The notes under the pieces were generated by a model that was not told where the DNA came from, made no database searches, and saw nothing but the letters and a program-made list of their open reading frames with translations. Made by a program: the position numbers and the translations under genes. DNA of 63,661 nt, the filler included, from Trichomonas gallinae (lineage: Eukaryota): the NCBI GenBank assembly GCA_008369845.1. It is 12 parts of 12 records of this genome, joined end to end, with 100 filler letters (N's around TTAATTAATTAA, not from the genome) between each part and the next. Parts side by side here need not be neighbours in the genome. Positions count along the whole stretch, not along the records: positions 30,960 to 58,272 come from MRSU01001283.1; positions 58,373 to 61,227 come from MRSU01001285.1; positions 61,328 to 62,538 come from MRSU01001300.1; positions 62,639 to 63,661 come from MRSU01001322.1; 8 more parts are not named here. One strand, 5' to 3'. Position 1 is the stretch's first letter, and every line of letters begins with the position of its first letter. Positions 54,049 through 63,661 of this stretch are shown here, piece after piece.

Positions 54049-54582
54049 TCAGTCCCAAAACGTGTCATTGGTGTTGATATCTAAATCATCGTAAAAAAGA
54101 AAATCATCAGTTTGTAAATTTTCGAAATCAGGGCCCATATATTCATCTGCGGTAAATTCAATATTTTCTTCAGAGATAATTCCTGGCTTCTTATTATGTT
54201 GTATCTTGGCATTCTTTGATTTTCGTGGACGTTTAATGACATGACAATTGAAAAAGTTTTTGAGCATGTTGCCTGATCGACCCTTGAAGTGCTTTGAGAT
54301 TGCTGACCACTTAGGGCCTAATATTTTATATAAATCGATTAATAGCCTGGCTTCTTCTAGAGTCATAGGTTGGCTATTGATTCCTGGCTTGAGATATGTA
54401 TGGAATCTGATCTTGCATTGTTTTTCGGTTCTGTCTTGAAGCAATGATGAAATCTGTTTCCAATCTTCACCAAAACTTGTGATACCGTTGATTATTATGT
54501 TGTCTTCCTCTTGCGTGAATCGTTTCTTCCTCTTGTTCTCTGTTATTATGTGCACTCGTCCATCATTTTCGTTGCCTATCAT
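54049..54582 (-). CDS. R2R3 Myb-like DNA-binding protein
   Basis: KKRFTQEED...WKQIS..L.DRTEKQCKIRFHTYLKP...LGPKWSAISKHFKGRSGNMLKN; Inr TCACT (54592-96, - strand) supports the ATG at 54582. Confidence 0.92.
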   Translation of the reverse strand: MIGNENDGRVHIITENKRKKRFTQEEDNIIINGITSFGEDWKQISSLLQDRTEKQCKIRFHTYLKPGINSQPMTLEEARLLIDLYKILGPKWSAISKHFKGRSGNMLKNFFNCHVIKRPRKSKNAKIQHNKKPGIISEENIEFTADEYMGPDFENLQTDDFLFYDDLDINTNDTFWD

Positions 54583-55643
54583 ACGTTTTGAAGTGATAAA
54601 AAAAAATTCTATTGCTATTCTCAATTTATTGAGACCATCAAAAGTCATCAATGTGTGGCGTGTTTTTGGACTATGACTGTATTAAAATCTAAAATTTACT
54701 CAACGATTTCGTTCACAAAATATGACTTTCAATTCAATATTTTTGGTACGAAAGTGACATGCTCTTGACTCCATTTTTTTTCTCAATTATCGCTTTATCA
54801 AACTATAAATACTGTCATATGTATTATAATTTGATACTATAACTACTGATGATCTTTGTAATTCAAAAGATCCCTCAGAAATGCAACGCTCATTGAAAAA
54901 TTATTGCGTCAATTTTGGATATGTTCTGTCATCGAAATTTGTAAACAAGATGATAAAAGCAACAATATATGATACACATATCTAAAAATTTTTGCTTTTT
55001 ACTTTTCATAAAAATTTATCTCTTTTCATTTTTTCGTAAATTAAATTGAATCATTTTTTAATTATATTATCAATATATATCACATGAAAACCCCCTCAAT
55101 TTCATTTTTGTGTTTTCCGTATTCCAAATTGATTTATGATATGAATGAAAATGTATCTTATAATGATTTCACTCTTACTATCTTGTGTTTGAGACTGATA
55201 TTTTGTGAAATGGGCAGAAATCATTCAAAGATATAAAATAATTTGTTTACTAACATTAAACAACGTTTTATTGTCGGTATTTTGCAATGTTTCTATGACC
55301 ACATTTTCAATAAAATAACTATTCATGGAGGAAAATTTCTTATAAATGGCCTTTACTTCTTTTAAAGACAGCCTTGCAAGTTTAGATATCGTAGCTTTTT
55401 ATTTAAAATGTTATCTAAAAGTCAGAAAACTAAAACGTGATAAATGCTATAGATATGTCACATATCGGAGGTAATGATTATGTTATGTCCACATCTTCAT
55501 CTCGGTCTGTGATACTATTAAAATTGATATAATACATTATCAATATTTGGAATTGATTCTTTCTATAAAAAAGACATGAATAAAATATATGTCTCGTGAG
55601 GATATTTGCTATTAGATAATATATAGTTGTAAAGAATAGTTGT

Positions 55644-56678
55644 TTATTGATTACGATAAATGAAAAGTGCAGCATCTATTACATGATTTCTCAAGAAGCG
55701 AACTCTAAGATATTGGTCATCCTTGCATGAAACTTCTGTATCAGCTTTTATTGGAAACTCTGCTCGGCATTCATAAGCACTATAGAAACTTAGACCTATT
55801 GTTTGAGCAATTTGTGTGTTATTTATTAAATCTATTAAATTTTCTTTAAAGATTGTTATTTTTAGTTCATCATAGAAACAGTTCTTTATTGCCAAACTGT
55901 AAAAATTTTCAAACATCCATCCATCTCTTACTTCATTGTACATAAAGTAGCATTCATCTATAATATTATTCACTTGATTGCTATAAAATATAGAATTAGA
56001 TCCACCAAGAACATTGTTAATAAAATTGCAACGGAAAACTTTTGCCTGATCCAAAACTTGCATAACATATTGTTGAGATGCAACATTATTTGAAAATGTG
56101 CAATATACGATATCAGTGAAACAGCCTTCTTCATAGTACATCAATAGAAAAGTTGGTGTATTTAATGCCTTATTATGAGAACAATTAATATTTGTAAATG
56201 ATTTGTTTAGTATCGACTGAATAAAAATGCAATACTGCCCTTGTGCAAATGTCATATCGTCAATGAAACTATTTTCAGAAAATATGCACTTTTCTTCAAT
56301 CCCATTTTGAGGCATAATCGTAGTCATGCAAAATCCAAACCGAGTACCTTTTGATTTGAAAGCACATGCTCTATGTAGTATGAACGATCCAGTACCTTGA
56401 ACAAATATGCCTGAGACTGGTTCTGCTTTGCTATAGCTAAAAATGCATTCGGAGCTTAAAAATTTAATATCTTCGAAATTTTCTAGCCAGATAGCAGTAT
56501 TATTTAAGTTATTGAAGAAGCAGTTGAATGCGAAAAAGTTCTTTTCGCTAGATCCATATGATGGATTTACCCATTTTGATGGATCGCCTTTATACGGTGA
56601 GCTATAATGTTCACTCCATAATTCCAGTGGTCGATCATCATTATGGATTCGTTGGAGGAAGAATAATTGCTGAATCAT
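55644..56678 (-). CDS. Pmp/beta-helix-like surface-family protein
   Basis: Same architecture as the 27199 and 60134 paralogs (W..HY, FNCFF, IKFLSSECIF, CTFSNN, CNFINN, FYSAYECRAE). Confidence 0.75.
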   Translation of the reverse strand: MIQQLFFLQRIHNDDRPLELWSEHYSSPYKGDPSKWVNPSYGSSEKNFFAFNCFFNNLNNTAIWLENFEDIKFLSSECIFSYSKAEPVSGIFVQGTGSFILHRACAFKSKGTRFGFCMTTIMPQNGIEEKCIFSENSFIDDMTFAQGQYCIFIQSILNKSFTNINCSHNKALNTPTFLLMYYEEGCFTDIVYCTFSNNVASQQYVMQVLDQAKVFRCNFINNVLGGSNSIFYSNQVNNIIDECYFMYNEVRDGWMFENFYSLAIKNCFYDELKITIFKENLIDLINNTQIAQTIGLSFYSAYECRAEFPIKADTEVSCKDDQYLRVRFLRNHVIDAALFIYRNQ

Positions 56679-57104
56679 ACAATGTCTACGGTTTCATATT
56701 GAAAACCACAAAAAAAACAGTTTCATTCAAAGTGAATTTATAATAAAAAAATTTAAGTTTTATTTTATTTATAACCATAAAATCTATGGAAAAATCATTA
56801 CAGTAAATAAGGTTAAATTGACAGTAAACATTTTTCAAAGGAGTGCTGCGGTCAAATAATGACTTTTTCGGGAAAAATTTAGATATTTATATTCTACATA
56901 TAATAATCTATCTTTTAAATGGATAGAGAATGATTTTTAATTTTGTGAGAAAGGGTAATTTTTGTCAGTATCATCATAGAATGTTGTATCAACAATTGTT
57001 TGAACATGATTTTAGGCGATTTTGTTAAAAATTTCGAATCGAAGGATTTTAAAATCCAAGTTTTTTGTGTTCATTCATTTTATTTTGTAATATTGACTGC
57101 TATG

Positions 57105-57183
57105 TACAGGACCTCCGTCCGGAGTCTTAATTTAATGGCGAGGCACTCGCCCACTGTTTTTGCCAGGGCTGGATTACTGATGT
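57105..57183. other. GC-rich structured island (candidate small RNA or transposon end)
   Basis: Hairpins aggacctcc-gtcc-ggagtctt and ggcgag-gca-ctcgcc, then ctgtttttgccagggctggattactga, within AT-rich non-coding DNA. Confidence 0.35.
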
Positions 57184-58272
57184 TTTTATATCCAAATTAA
57201 GCTTTAAAAATGGAAAAACCAATAATCAACAGAATAGCAGGGATTGTGTGATATAATAGGGGAATATTTATAAAGGGAGTAAATAGCTTAATTAGGGGTT
57301 TTGATATAAAGGGGGTGTAAAAAAAAGTAGCGGGAAAATTGTTGATGAAAAGAATATGTTTTACTTATGCGTGAGAGGTCTCATCAGATTTCTCAGGCGA
57401 ATTACAAGCATATGACAGGAAAACAGATCGAAATTTATTTTCGAAAAATTGATGGCGTAGTTTTAAGGCAATCTGTAAGGATGGTTACTAATGCTGTATA
57501 TTGCAGAGTTTTTAGTGTAATATTAATGCATTTTCGAGAATTTAAAAATAAAATCGAAAATTTGTTATATTTAAAGCAGATTGTTTATACATCAACTAAA
57601 TGATCCAGTATCAGCTATAATGATTAAAAATAATGCTACAGCAATGATATAATAGATGAAAAAAATTTACAAAATAATCGTCTTTTTTAAAATTGCGTTT
57701 TTTGGTTAAAATATTAATCTATACATATAATAAGAAACTATGTATGATAAAAGTGGATAAAATTTTCATGCGAACAACGAAAATAAAAAACTGACTTGAA
57801 AAATGGATAATTTTTCTAGCCTTAAAATATGTTTTGATTTTTTTTTTGCTTTTTGAAAAACATGCTATCTGTCATTCTTTGCTAGTCAGCCACAGCACAT
57901 GGACACAAGACGAACTATATACACGCAAACACTCTGTAATTTTATAAGAAATATAATGCTTTTACTGTAATAAATGCATCACTAAGGTTGGTTCTAGTGA
58001 ATCAATTCCGTAAATCTGCAATAAAACAACTTTTTTAAAACGAAAACGGATATCGAGATTTCTAGTCCCAGTAAATATTCTGAAATTAAAAAACATCAAC
58101 TACATGAGTGATAAATCATCGTATAATTTTGTAATTTTGTTTGGGATATTTTTTTTTGAAATTTTTAAAATGTAATTGTTTTGACCTTAAATGAAAAGGG
58201 GGGAAACTCTTTTTCCACTTTTTCGATGACTTGCGTGTTCAGCAAACTTTTCTTCAGAATGAGTCGCGAGGA

Positions 58273-58372
58273 NNNNNNNNNNNNNNNNNNNNNNNNNNNN
58301 NNNNNNNNNNNNNNNNTTAATTAATTAANNNNNNNNNNNNNNNNNNNNNNNNNNNNNNNNNNNNNNNNNNNN
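58273..58372. other. Artificial contig spacer
   Basis: N44-TTAATTAATTAA-N44. Confidence 0.98.
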
Positions 58373-58717
58373 CCAACTATCTGTGCTGTGCAAGACTTTT
58401 GCACCATCAACATTCGTCCGTTAAAATAAGGTTATTAGTTTCCATACCTTTTATGCAATTATAAAAATTATAAATAGAAATTTTTGTTACTGTATTTAAT
58501 ATCAATGCATTAATCTTTAATTGGATATAGATTTGCACAACTTGATATTTTAGTTTTTATATATAAAAATATCAAAAATCCTAATATAAATATATCAAAG
58601 TGATGAGTTATATATAATGTATATGGAGTTAATATAGCATTATTAATAGATACTAAATGATCAATTTTATGATATATAAAAATATTAAAATTATTGATCA
58701 GTAATATATTGAGTTAA

Positions 58718-59638
58718 TTAACATATTCTAACGTTATATGCTTCACTTGCAATACCACACTGGTTGTTTTTGTTTCTAATCATTCTTATGTATCCATCTT
58801 CTCCCCAAACAGTACCATACGAGTTTCTAATAATCCAATAGTCGACAGATCCTTCTGTTCCATATCCAACGCATCCTACAGCATGATCAAGGATATATGG
58901 CGAACATTCTGGTTCATCATAAATTCCCGACTTGTAAAGCATAAAAGAATGATGAGAAGCATCTATTGATATCGAAGCTGGGCCGTGATTGTAGATAGAA
59001 TCAGCGAGAGCTTCTTCATCATCTCTTTTTACGGAAGAAAGCTCAAGTTCGCCAAATTTCACTGCTTTTTCTTCATTAAACACGCATTTACCTTTGGTGG
59101 CAGTGTATGGATAATCAGATGTCAACATAAAATATGAATTTTGATAATCTACGATATATTCAAGAGCTGCTGGAACCCAGCCACCATTGCATGCTGAGCA
59201 TTGAGTATCACAGTCCAAAATGTTTTGTTCTGATAGAGAATACAAAGTATTTTTCGTTATTGCAACTTGTGATTCAACAACTTGTATTGCTGAAAATGCC
59301 CAGCATGATCCACATGGTCCTTGATCTTTTATTGGATTTACAACGCCCTTTGTTCTCCAATCTATTGAATCTTCTGCGATTTTTGTTCCTTTTGGTGTTT
59401 GTTTGATATTTTTGCGTCCTATTCTGTTTACAAGCAGTGCTTTATACTCAGAAGGAGTGAAATGTGCAAATTTATTTAAAGCGAGAGTAAAACCTAAATT
59501 TGCTGCGTTGTGGGACTGAACGATTCTTTTGTTTGTCATCCATATCCCAAACCTAAAGTGGAACTCATCACCAGTGAAAACATTTCCTGTTTCCCTCATC
59601 CATCCTAGAAAACTTCTTTCTTCGGAAACTGTGAACAT
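58718..59638 (-). CDS. Clan CA family C1 cathepsin L-like cysteine peptidase
   Basis: ERFNIN-like propeptide, IDWRTKGVVNPIKDQGPCGSCWAFS (catalytic Cys), LDHAVGCVGYG (His), YWIIRNSYG (Asn), WGEDGYIRM; first ATG at 59638 directly after AAAGTGAC. Confidence 0.97.
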   Translation of the reverse strand: MFTVSEERSFLGWMRETGNVFTGDEFHFRFGIWMTNKRIVQSHNAANLGFTLALNKFAHFTPSEYKALLVNRIGRKNIKQTPKGTKIAEDSIDWRTKGVVNPIKDQGPCGSCWAFSAIQVVESQVAITKNTLYSLSEQNILDCDTQCSACNGGWVPAALEYIVDYQNSYFMLTSDYPYTATKGKCVFNEEKAVKFGELELSSVKRDDEEALADSIYNHGPASISIDASHHSFMLYKSGIYDEPECSPYILDHAVGCVGYGTEGSVDYWIIRNSYGTVWGEDGYIRMIRNKNNQCGIASEAYNVRIC

Positions 59639-60133
59639 TGTCACTTTTTAAATACAACAATAAGGTTATATCGACACTTTTTGGTGGTTTAATAAGGTTA
59701 ATACAAATATTATTATATCATTATTTAAACATTATAATACTATATAAAAAATGAATACTATAAATATTTACGTGAATAAATAAGCATTTATATGAATTCC
59801 TTTGATATTCAATGAAATATGATAAGATATTGTGTTATTGATCATTTACATTATAATACATGTATATTTTTGCCTGTATATTACATCTCCACTAAATAAA
59901 GTGTATATTATTAAATGATAATTCATGGAAATTAAAAATATCAAAATTATTTTCACGGATAATTTGTTCAATGTTTCTAAAAATATGGGATGAAAGAATA
60001 ACATTGGAAATAATAGAAATAGATTATAAACTATGTACTGAACAATATAATATTAATTAATATCAAAAAAATTCATTATTTTACGTGATATTAAAAGATT
60101 TCGATAATGATGAAATTAAGGTTATTAAAATAA

Positions 60134-61177
60134 TTCACTTCTTTATGGCGCATTCCTGGCCATTTAGAAAGTCGTGCGCACGGAGACACTGCGCCGAAAA
60201 GTGTCTGGGAGTTACATTATGTAACACATTATACCGGATATGACTACAGTTTCAAAAGAAATGAAGAAATCAACACAAAAAACAATGAAGCTTTCGTTTT
60301 TTCGTGCATATTCTACGATTTAACGTCAGGTAGCATAAAGTTTAGTGCAAATGGAATCAAATTCCTCCATTCACTGTGCTTTTTTTCGAAATGTTGTAAT
60401 TCGGGAAATGGAGGCGCTATATACTTTAATTGCAATAGTCAAATAGTTCAGCACAGATTTTTTACAACAAATACTTACGTTACTAGCAATACAGCCTTCC
60501 ATTCATACACAAATTTAATATCGCAAAGTAATTTTAACAACACTGTTGTTGAAAGTTCAATAACTAATTGTATTCAGCAAAATAATGGGAAAATTCTGGA
60601 ATTTTATTATGGAAACATCGAAATTTATTACACGAATATTTCGAAAAATACAGCTTCTTCTTATTCAGGCGCTTATATCCAAAATCCAAATAATATTGAC
60701 TGTGTCAACTTTTCTACGTTTGAAGGAAACAATGCAGCAAGCGGCTATGCTTGTATACACCATTTCAAAGATTATGGTGTATTTAAGGACTTTATGTGCA
60801 ACTTTGTAGGTAATACACAATCTTCTACTAGTAATGGTTTGATTTTTATGCATGGGAACTCTTTAACTATTGAAAACTGCTCAATTCAAAGTCCATATGG
60901 AAACGGAAAAGCAATTGCAGCAGATGATTCGAGCCATTATATTTATATTATTAATTGTAATTTTGATCAATACTCAAAAAATATAGGAATTTATTCCACA
61001 ACAAAAATTGTTATAACAAAATCACTCAATTCTTTAAATCATTTGTCAACTTATGAATGTGAAGCAGAAAACTATATTCCTTTACAATATAACAGAAAGT
61101 CTGTCTATTTCGAACAACTTAAAACGCCAATATTATTTATTTGTTTTTGTATAGTCCTCCAAAAATTTGTTTTCTGA
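60134..61177 (+). pseudogene. Pmp/beta-helix-like paralog with out-of-frame start (pseudogene or 5' indel error)
   Basis: One stop-free frame from 60134 to 61177 (HGDTAPKSVWELHY...KFLHSLCFF...GGAIYF...IVQHRFF...HLSTYECEAE). The Inr-linked ATG at 60145 is in a different frame, and the first in-frame ATG is at 60794. Confidence 0.75.
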
Positions 61178-61227
61178 TATATTCATAGAAAATTTTGTAT
61201 AGTCTCTAATCCTCCAAAAATAAATAT

Positions 61228-61327
61228 NNNNNNNNNNNNNNNNNNNNNNNNNNNNNNNNNNNNNNNNNNNNTTAATTAATTAANNNNNNNNNNNNNNNNN
61301 NNNNNNNNNNNNNNNNNNNNNNNNNNN
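61228..61327. other. Artificial contig spacer
   Basis: N44-TTAATTAATTAA-N44. Confidence 0.98.
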
Positions 61328-61900
61328 AGAAGATTCTATCAAAGCTGTATTGTTATCTCTGTTTTTTGCGTTGACATCAATTCCAGAAACTGTGAGAAGG
61401 AGTTTGATAACTTCAAGATAACCACATGATGAAGCTTTCATCAAGGCTGTTTCATTGACATCGTTCTTTGCGTTAACATCTATTCCAGGTACTGTGAGAA
61501 GGAGCTTAACAATTCATCATGACCATTATATGAAGCATAAATCAAAGCTTTATTAACATCAATATGTTGAGTTTTGAGAACAAATCTGGGAAAAGCAGAT
61601 TATTTGAAGATTGGAATGTCATAATAAATTTTTGCATCATATTCTATAATGAACCGCGTAAGCTGAAAATTAATTGTTCGAATTGAATGATAAAAAATAG
61701 TTTCATTAAATATGTTATTAACATCGCAGAATCCCTTTTTTACAGCAAAATTCATAGCATCAAAATCGTTTATATCATTTTGAGATTATGACAAATTAAT
61801 TGCATCATTATAATTGGTCACATCTAAACTCTCTTATTCTACTGTTATTTTGATCTAAAATATGTTTTATATCACTAGTCATATATATTATGTAACACGT
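61328..61900 (-). pseudogene. Ankyrin-repeat gene remnant, 3'-truncated
   Basis: KLLLTVPGIDVNAKNDVNETALMKASSCGYLEVIKLLLTVSGIDVNAKNRDNNTALIESS; a frameshift after ALIYASYNGHDE (about 61512) and in-frame stops upstream. The 5' boundary is approximate. Confidence 0.85.
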
Positions 61901-62115
61901 TCATTAAACAACACCAGTATTATTTTTTCCAATATTATCATATGCCTGCTCATCTAGAACTTTATAATATTAACTTTCCCCCTCACAAACAGTAGATAGT
62001 TCGTATTTTCTCTTAAAAAATGTGTTTCTACTGGGTTTCAACACCAAGTATGTTTATATGAACATGTCCAAAAGTATTAATTATAGATAAAAACAGAATG
62101 ATTTATTAACATACA

Positions 62116-62538
62116 CTAATATCTATTACCTTTTAATCTATCAGTCTTTATGGCACTAGATTCAAATTCGATGAATTTCTCGTATTGTGAGATAGATCTA
62201 TCATTTGTATATGGCCTTCCCGACCAAACGGCTGTAACAGTAACCAAAACATCGTATGGCGAATTATTATGCAATCCTTTTGTTAAATCATCAATGATTC
62301 CCTTACGAATATTGAGTTCTGTATTAAAAGCTTCTAATAAAGGATCCAAATACTTACTTAAATCATCAGGATCAGCTGATTTGATGGCAGGATGTATTTC
62401 TTTAATTGTTTCTATTGCAGATTTTAATTCATCAAATATTCCTTGGAAAATTTCAATAGTTTTTGGTAATTCTTCGATTGATTTCATGATTCCTACATCA
62501 TTTTCATGCTTAAGTTTGTCTTGTAAGCCAGCATAATC
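62116..62538 (-). CDS. Hypothetical protein, 3' fragment
   Basis: Frame open from the contig edge (DYAGLQDKLKHENDVGIMKSIEE...). Confidence 0.7.
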   Translation of the reverse strand, partial: DYAGLQDKLKHENDVGIMKSIEELPKTIEIFQGIFDELKSAIETIKEIHPAIKSADPDDLSKYLDPLLEAFNTELNIRKGIIDDLTKGLHNNSPYDVLVTVTAVWSGRPYTNDRSISQYEKFIEFESSAIKTDRLKGNRY

Positions 62539-62638
62539 NNNNNNNNNNNNNNNNNNNNNNNNNNNNNNNNNNNNNNNNNNNNTTAATTAATTAANNNNNN
62601 NNNNNNNNNNNNNNNNNNNNNNNNNNNNNNNNNNNNNN
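62539..62638. other. Artificial contig spacer
   Basis: N44-TTAATTAATTAA-N44. Confidence 0.98.
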
Positions 62639-63435
62639 TCTGATTTTGACAAAATAGTCAAAATCTCAATAATATCATATGTAAAATCTAGATTTTGAAT
62701 ATTAAATAACCCAACTAGTCTTTTATAGTCATCTATGGTTAGTACATACCCGAATTTTGATGTGATTTTCTTGATTAAAATAATCGTATTCGAAGTTGAG
62801 CTCAAATTATCGCAAGAAAGATTTTGGAAGCAATACAAGAGTAAATCATGAAGAGGATCATTTAATGCTTCACATTTATCAATCTGATTTATTAGTATAT
62901 CGCAACAATGCTGAGCAACCAGTTCATCCTCTGATGCTCTGAATAAAATGATGATTTTCATCAAATTTTCTTGATTGAGCAGCAAACTTTTGGCTTCAAC
63001 TATTCTTTTTATCAGTGATAATGATAAAGATACTATTCTTTGGTTGTTATTTTGAAATATACCAAAAATTGAATAAAAATCTTGTACTGTGATTGTCTCA
63101 ATGAGAGATTTGTCGTGATTTAGTAGGTTGTTTGCAATCAAAATGCATAATCGTGTGTATTCATCTGCATTTTCCATGATAAAGGTAAAACAATACTGTA
63201 ATATTTTATGTTCTAATTCAAGATTAATCTCCAAATCGTTATTATCAAGTAGAAAATCGTTGAATTTAACAAGGTCATCGTATGAAATTTGATCATTTTC
63301 TAAATCATCAAAAACGGAAGGATCGAATTCTTCTGCTTCTAGATCTATATAAGATATTTCTTCATCCTCTATTTGTATGTTTTGATTTCCATTAATGATA
63401 ACAGTTTCATAGTGCTCTTTGTAGTCGCTCTCCAA
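62639..63435 (-). CDS. Acidic, helical (ARM/HEAT-like) hypothetical protein, 3'-truncated; start codon uncertain
   Basis: About 265 open codons; Inr TCATT at 63449-53 (- strand), but the frame begins at TTG, not ATG. Confidence 0.65.
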
Positions 63436-63496
63436 TCTTCAAAAAACAAATGACAAATTTAGCGATCAATTGAATATCATATGTTAATGAAATAAC

Positions 63497-63661
63497 TCAT
63501 CTTAACATAATTAATGATTTTACAAAAAAAAAAAAAAATTGATACAAGTTCGGGATTTTCAATTCAGCCTTAGTTTCCTCAACTTGGACTTCAATCGTAG
63601 TTCTGCCAGTGCCGACTGTTGGATCTACAATCAGCTGGAATACGTTGTCTTTCTTCCTGCG
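63497..63661 (-). CDS. 3' end of an unidentified gene running off the window
   Basis: RRKKDNVFQLIVDPTVGTGRTTIEVQVEETKAELKIPNLYQ with coding-like codon use; the stop position depends on a 15-nt homopolymer. Confidence 0.5.
   Translation of the reverse strand, partial: RRKKDNVFQLIVDPTVGTGRTTIEVQVEETKAELKIPNLYQFFFFFVKSLIMLR

Noticed and set aside
12820..62638. Eleven identical TTAATTAATTAA palindromes flanked by N runs, superficially a spaced repeat array
   Set aside because: Artificial scaffolding linker with six-frame stops; ORFs ending in X...LIN are artefacts of it.
1..63661. Spliceosomal introns, tRNA or rRNA genes
   Set aside because: I saw no trichomonad intron 3' signature (ACTAACACACAG) and no tRNA/rRNA-like sequence by eye; a covariance-model scan was not possible.

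Overview
This is AT-rich, apparently intron-less eukaryotic DNA from a trichomonad (Trichomonas vaginalis or a close relative). The assignment rests on Inr-type TCA(C/T)T, AAAGTGAC and ACGGTT core-promoter motifs just upstream of ATGs, and on gene families typical of the group. The window is a pseudomolecule of 12 contig pieces joined by 11 artificial 100-nt spacers (44 N + TTAATTAATTAA + 44 N), so adjacency across spacers is unproven. Recognisable genes include a transmembrane PAS/adenylyl cyclase-like protein with a degenerate active site, ATG9, an importin-beta-like HEAT protein, CFAP73/CCDC42-like, E2F-like, a probable Sem1/DSS1, an EF-hand protein, Tectonic-like, Ada3-like, a BEACH-WD40 protein, an R2R3 Myb and a cathepsin L-like protease. 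There are also four Pmp/beta-helix-like surface-family genes, a three-copy paralog cluster, several pseudogenes and contig-edge fragments (RPL18, a bacterial-type phosphohexomutase, a poly-proline protein). The most unusual feature is a gene-free contig (22588-25518). It carries five closely packed, mutually unrelated long hairpins (25-50 bp arms, 23274-23958), followed by a ~1.05-kb foldback/MITE-like element. A second gene-poor contig (29767-30859) is bounded by an 80-bp perfect inverted repeat. All family calls are from motif recognition by eye; no searches were run.
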